Shown piece by piece: positions 47,038 through 50,748 of a DNA stretch of 50,748 nt. Source of the DNA: Octopus bimaculoides (lineage: Eukaryota); contig NC_068994.1 of the NCBI RefSeq assembly GCF_001194135.2, positions 31,690,289-31,741,036 of the forward strand, in the 5' to 3' direction. The number at the start of each line of letters is the position of its first letter. Within the stretch, counting starts at the first letter, position 1. The position numbers were made by a program, and so were the translations under genes. A model generated the notes under the pieces. It did no database searches. It worked only from the letters and a program-made list of their open reading frames with translations, and had not been told where the DNA came from.

Positions 47038-47425
47038 GTGGAGGCGCAATGGCCGAGTGGTTAGGGCAGCGGACTCGCGGTCATAGGATCGCGGTTTCGA
47101 TTCCCAGACCGGGCGTTGTGAGTGTTTATTGAGCGAAAACACCTAAAGCTCCACGAGGCTCCGGCAGGGGATGGTGGCGAACCCTGCTGTACTCTTTCGC
47201 CACAACTTTCTCTCACTCTTACTTCCTGTTTCTGTTGTGCCTGTAATTCAAAGGGTCAGCCTTGTCACACTGTGTCACGCTGAATATCCCCGAGAACTAC
47301 GTTAAGGGTACACATGTTCTGTGGAGTGCTCAGCCATTTGCACATTAATTTCATGAGTAGGCTGTTCTGTTGATCGGATCAACTGGAACCCTTGACATCG
47401 TAAGCAACGGAGTGCCAACGAACAA
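47038..47425 (+). mobile_element. Young full-length tRNA-derived SINE (tRNA-Arg-like head; resembles Octopus OR-type SINE)
   Basis: Pol III box A TGGCCGAGTGG and box B GGTTTCGATTCCC; 11-bp TSD ATGTTTCCAGC at 47027-47037 and 47426-47436; CpG-rich. Confidence 0.88.
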
Positions 47426-49367
47426 ATGTTTCCAGCAATATATAAATAAATATGCACATCATCATCATCATCTCTTCCTGGTTATGTAGGAAGGGGTGAT
47501 AATATATTACACTGAAAAATAAGAAAATATTTCAGCACTGGTTGGCCACCTTTCAGAGAACAAGAACCCATCATTTTTCTACTTATGAAGAGAGTCTCAT
47601 AGCAATTGCTATTTAAATTGATCACAAATCTGCACTAAGCTGAAATGGCTGGACTCAATTGCATATTGTTTTAGTTAGCAGCATGGTTAATTACTTCATA
47701 TTTTTATGTACAAACAGAGTATATTAAAAAAGCTGAGGTTGGAGTTAGGAGGGTGAGATTAGACATAAGCTATCAGTCTTTGTGAGCTGAAAAGTTGGGT
47801 AACATTGTACACCTGCATACTACTCAACCTTGGTTGCATGTACACATATTAAAGAACTAAGGACTATTTACTCTTATGGTGTACAAGGTAACTCTACCAT
47901 GCTGGTGCTATGATGAAATACACTCAGCAAAATTCTTGATGAACGAGTGGAATAAGATGCGGTCAAGAGACCCCTTTAAGCTTGTTTTAAGGTCATTACC
48001 TCTTTGGTTTTTATACTGATAAAATGCATTCAGTATACCCTGTTAGATAGTTGATAGGAAGAGCATCAACAATAATGAAACATGGAGATGTATTCTGAGC
48101 CAGAATTAATTGCCTAATAAGTACTGACTCAGACCATGATGACCCTTACATCCCATGCCAGCATGGAAAGCAGATGCAGAATAATGACAGTGATATATAT
48201 CATCATCATCATCATCATTGTTTTAATGTCCCCTTTTCCATGCTTGCATGTTGTAAGCCCCTTGGACATTATTGTTCCGAGGCCTATGACTCATAGGACT
48301 GGTTTCTTGAATGGGACGCTAGTCTGTCACAGGGGTACCCCTTTACAGCCAAATGAAACATTTTGCTTGAGAACACAACACACAGCCTGGTCTGAGAATC
48401 GATAACAATCTTGAAATTGTGAGTGCAATATCCTAACTACTGGGCCACATACCTTCACATGCTTGTATGGGTCAAACAATTCATTGAAGCAGATTTTCAA
48501 TGGCTGGATGCCCTTCCTGTTACCAGCTTTCACCTGCTTCCAGTCCTCAGAGCTCTGGTTGACATCTTGGAGTGGGAGAGATAAAAAAACATACCTGAAC
48601 TATATAGATTAGCCCCTATTCTTCCAGTTTGTCAGAGAGAACAAGAAACTGCTACTACCAAGAGATGCTTCCTGCAGGAAGCACAATCACATCCAAATAT
48701 CACTGTGATTTGACATGGATACAGGTTTTGAAGAGACAAAGATCATTCTGATTGAACTGTTGGTTACATGAGAAGATGTAGGCAAGAAAGTATCTGAGAA
48801 GAAAGTTACCAAGTAACAGGACCTAGTCTATCAATGTAGAGATCAAGTAACAGGACCTAGTCTATCAATGTAGAGATAAAGGCTATTTCCATGTGAGATT
48901 GGCTGAAAGGGTTTCTTGGTATGGTCTATTTGGGAGATACTTATGGTTCTAGAGATAGTTGCAGGTGAGAGGAAGACAGCTGCTTGCAGGTTGGGGGATG
49001 GTGTGTAAAATGCTTCTATCTGGTTTTGGAAAGGGCAGGAGGAACTTGGAAGGAAACCAGCTGTAAATGGTCAGTGACTGAAAACCACTACTGGCAAATT
49101 GGAGGACATTGTGATTTAGGATTGAAACTTCAGAGAAAAGCTGGACACCTCTTACCAACAACCTCTGGTCAAAAACTAGTCATAAAGGACGTGTTTGTAT
49201 GTATGTATTATATATATATATATATAGGGGTAGTTTATCCTGTTCAGGCTATATTATTAGCATTATCCTGCGTTTGAGAATTTAAAATCACTTCTTTAAC
49301 TTTCTAAGACATCTCAACACTTCTAAAAGCAAACTTCGTTTGTTTGTTTACATTTGTCGTAATTTGA

Positions 49368-49401
<34 letters not shown>

Positions 49402-49764
49402 NNNNNNNNNNNNNNNNNNNNNNNNNNNNNNNNNNNNNNNNNNNNNNNNNNNNNNNNNNNNNNNNNNNNNNNNNNNNNNNNNNNNNNNNNNNNNNNNNNN
49501 NNNNNNNNNNNNNNNNNNNNNNNNNNNNNNNNNNNNNNNNNNNNNNNNNNNNNNNNNNNNNNNNNNNNNNNNNNNNNNNNNNNNNNNNNNNNNNNNNNNN
49601 NNNNNNNNNNNNNNNNNNNNNNNNNNNNNNNNNNNNNNNNNNNNNNNNNNNNNNNNNNNNNNNNNNNNNNNNNNNNNNNNNNNNNNNNNNNNNNNNNNNN
49701 NNNNNNNNNNNNNNNNNNNNNNNNNNNNNNNNNNNNNCAGTTTATGTATGTTTTGCATTCACTA

Positions 49765-50400
49765 GTTAGGAAGCAGGGAAATCCATGTTTCTGACACAAA
49801 TTTTCTATTATGAAGGCACCAACTAAACATCTCACTTTTTGAATTTAAGAAGGCTCCCCGGATCAAGTAAATTTTTTAGTATCTTTGCCCTCCTAACCAT
49901 GCAAATTTTGCATCATCTGCATCCATTGAGGCATGGTCCAGGCTGTTCCAGGAGCTTCCATTTAATCCAATATGGCGCTCTCTCTTCTTTAAATTGCCAT
50001 ATGTAGTTTACCAAAAACTTAATCTTGTGTTTCTCTGGCATCTTAAAAGAGGACAGCTTAAAAGGACCCTCTGTTGCTCCGATATATTTCCATGTATGTG
50101 TCCTTATGCTGTTGGCGCTGCTGTTGTTGTTGCTGCTACTACTGCCATTGCTGTTGTTGCTGCTTGGCACTACCACTGCTTTGTAGACCATGGCCTTGGA
50201 ATCGCCTCAACCGCTGATTGGGTACTCCCTATTAAACCTACATGAGCATCTTGTATCTGTGCAGGGTTTAGGAGCATTTGAACAGAAATGTACATAAACT
50301 GACCCTTTTCAGGCATGATTGGAATGATTCGAAGGGAGATAACTCCGTCTCTCCCAGTAGGACTTTTCACTTTGAAAGTATTTTGTTTCACAGTTTTTTT
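49765..50400 (-). mobile_element. Penelope-like element relic (GIY-YIG endonuclease)
   Basis: Minus-strand translation: CSCRFNREYPISG*...MVYKAVV...KYIGATEGPFK...NYIWQFKEE...WIKWKLLEQ...CKICM...KSEMFSWCLHNRKF; YIG at 50078-50086. Confidence 0.8.
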
Positions 50401-50579
50401 CACCATCATGCTGACCAAGACAGTATTCTTACCTCCATTAAGAGTAATGATAACCATGCAACCGATGGTAACATGCTGACTGGCCATAACCAACATCTTC
50501 ATAAAATATTATACATATATATGCATGTGTTTGTGTAAGTGCGTGTGAGTGTGTATATACATAATTGTGTGTATATATA

Positions 50580-50616
<37 letters not shown>

Positions 50617-50693
50617 GTATATATATACATACATATATATATATACATATATATGTGTGTATGTATGTACATGTATATGTGCATGTGTGTGTG

Positions 50694-50748
<55 letters not shown>

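Noticed and set aside
47041-47115. tRNA gene candidate
   Set aside because: The tRNA-like head has no proper acceptor stem or terminator and continues into a 390-bp TSD-flanked SINE body.

Overview
Eukaryotic, very AT-rich, repeat-saturated genomic DNA from a gapped short-read assembly (8 N-gaps, several flanked by (AT)n). The repeat families and gene type point to a coleoid cephalopod, most likely Octopus (inference from memory of these families, not a database search). Only one intact host coding region is supported: a single-exon 502-aa C2H2 zinc-finger ORF with 9 tandem fingers (25314-26822, +). The rest is mobile DNA: a complete but dead Ty3/Gypsy LTR retrotransposon (2346-7189, 5-bp TSD, PBS, PPT), a 5'-truncated R4/Dong-type non-LTR element sitting in a TAA microsatellite, two RTE-clade LINE relics, three divergent Penelope-like (GIY-YIG) relics, a piggyBac-type MITE, a Helentron-associated (HINE/DINE-1-like) element, dozens of SINEs of at least four families, and microsatellites. 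The most interesting unexplained structures are: (i) several hammerhead-ribozyme-like motifs, including a ~334-bp head-to-tail repeat with a retrozyme-like layout (43.0-43.7 kb) and one with an intact catalytic core downstream of a Penelope ORF; (ii) a ZNF whose nine fingers all carry Arg at helix position -1; (iii) two same-strand head-to-tail SINE arrays; (iv) a 250-bp near-perfect palindrome; (v) a ~90-bp-period motif/spacer array; (vi) a CpG-retaining domain at 17-22 kb that may hold the promoter. Most SINE boundaries are by eye (+/- 10-20 bp).
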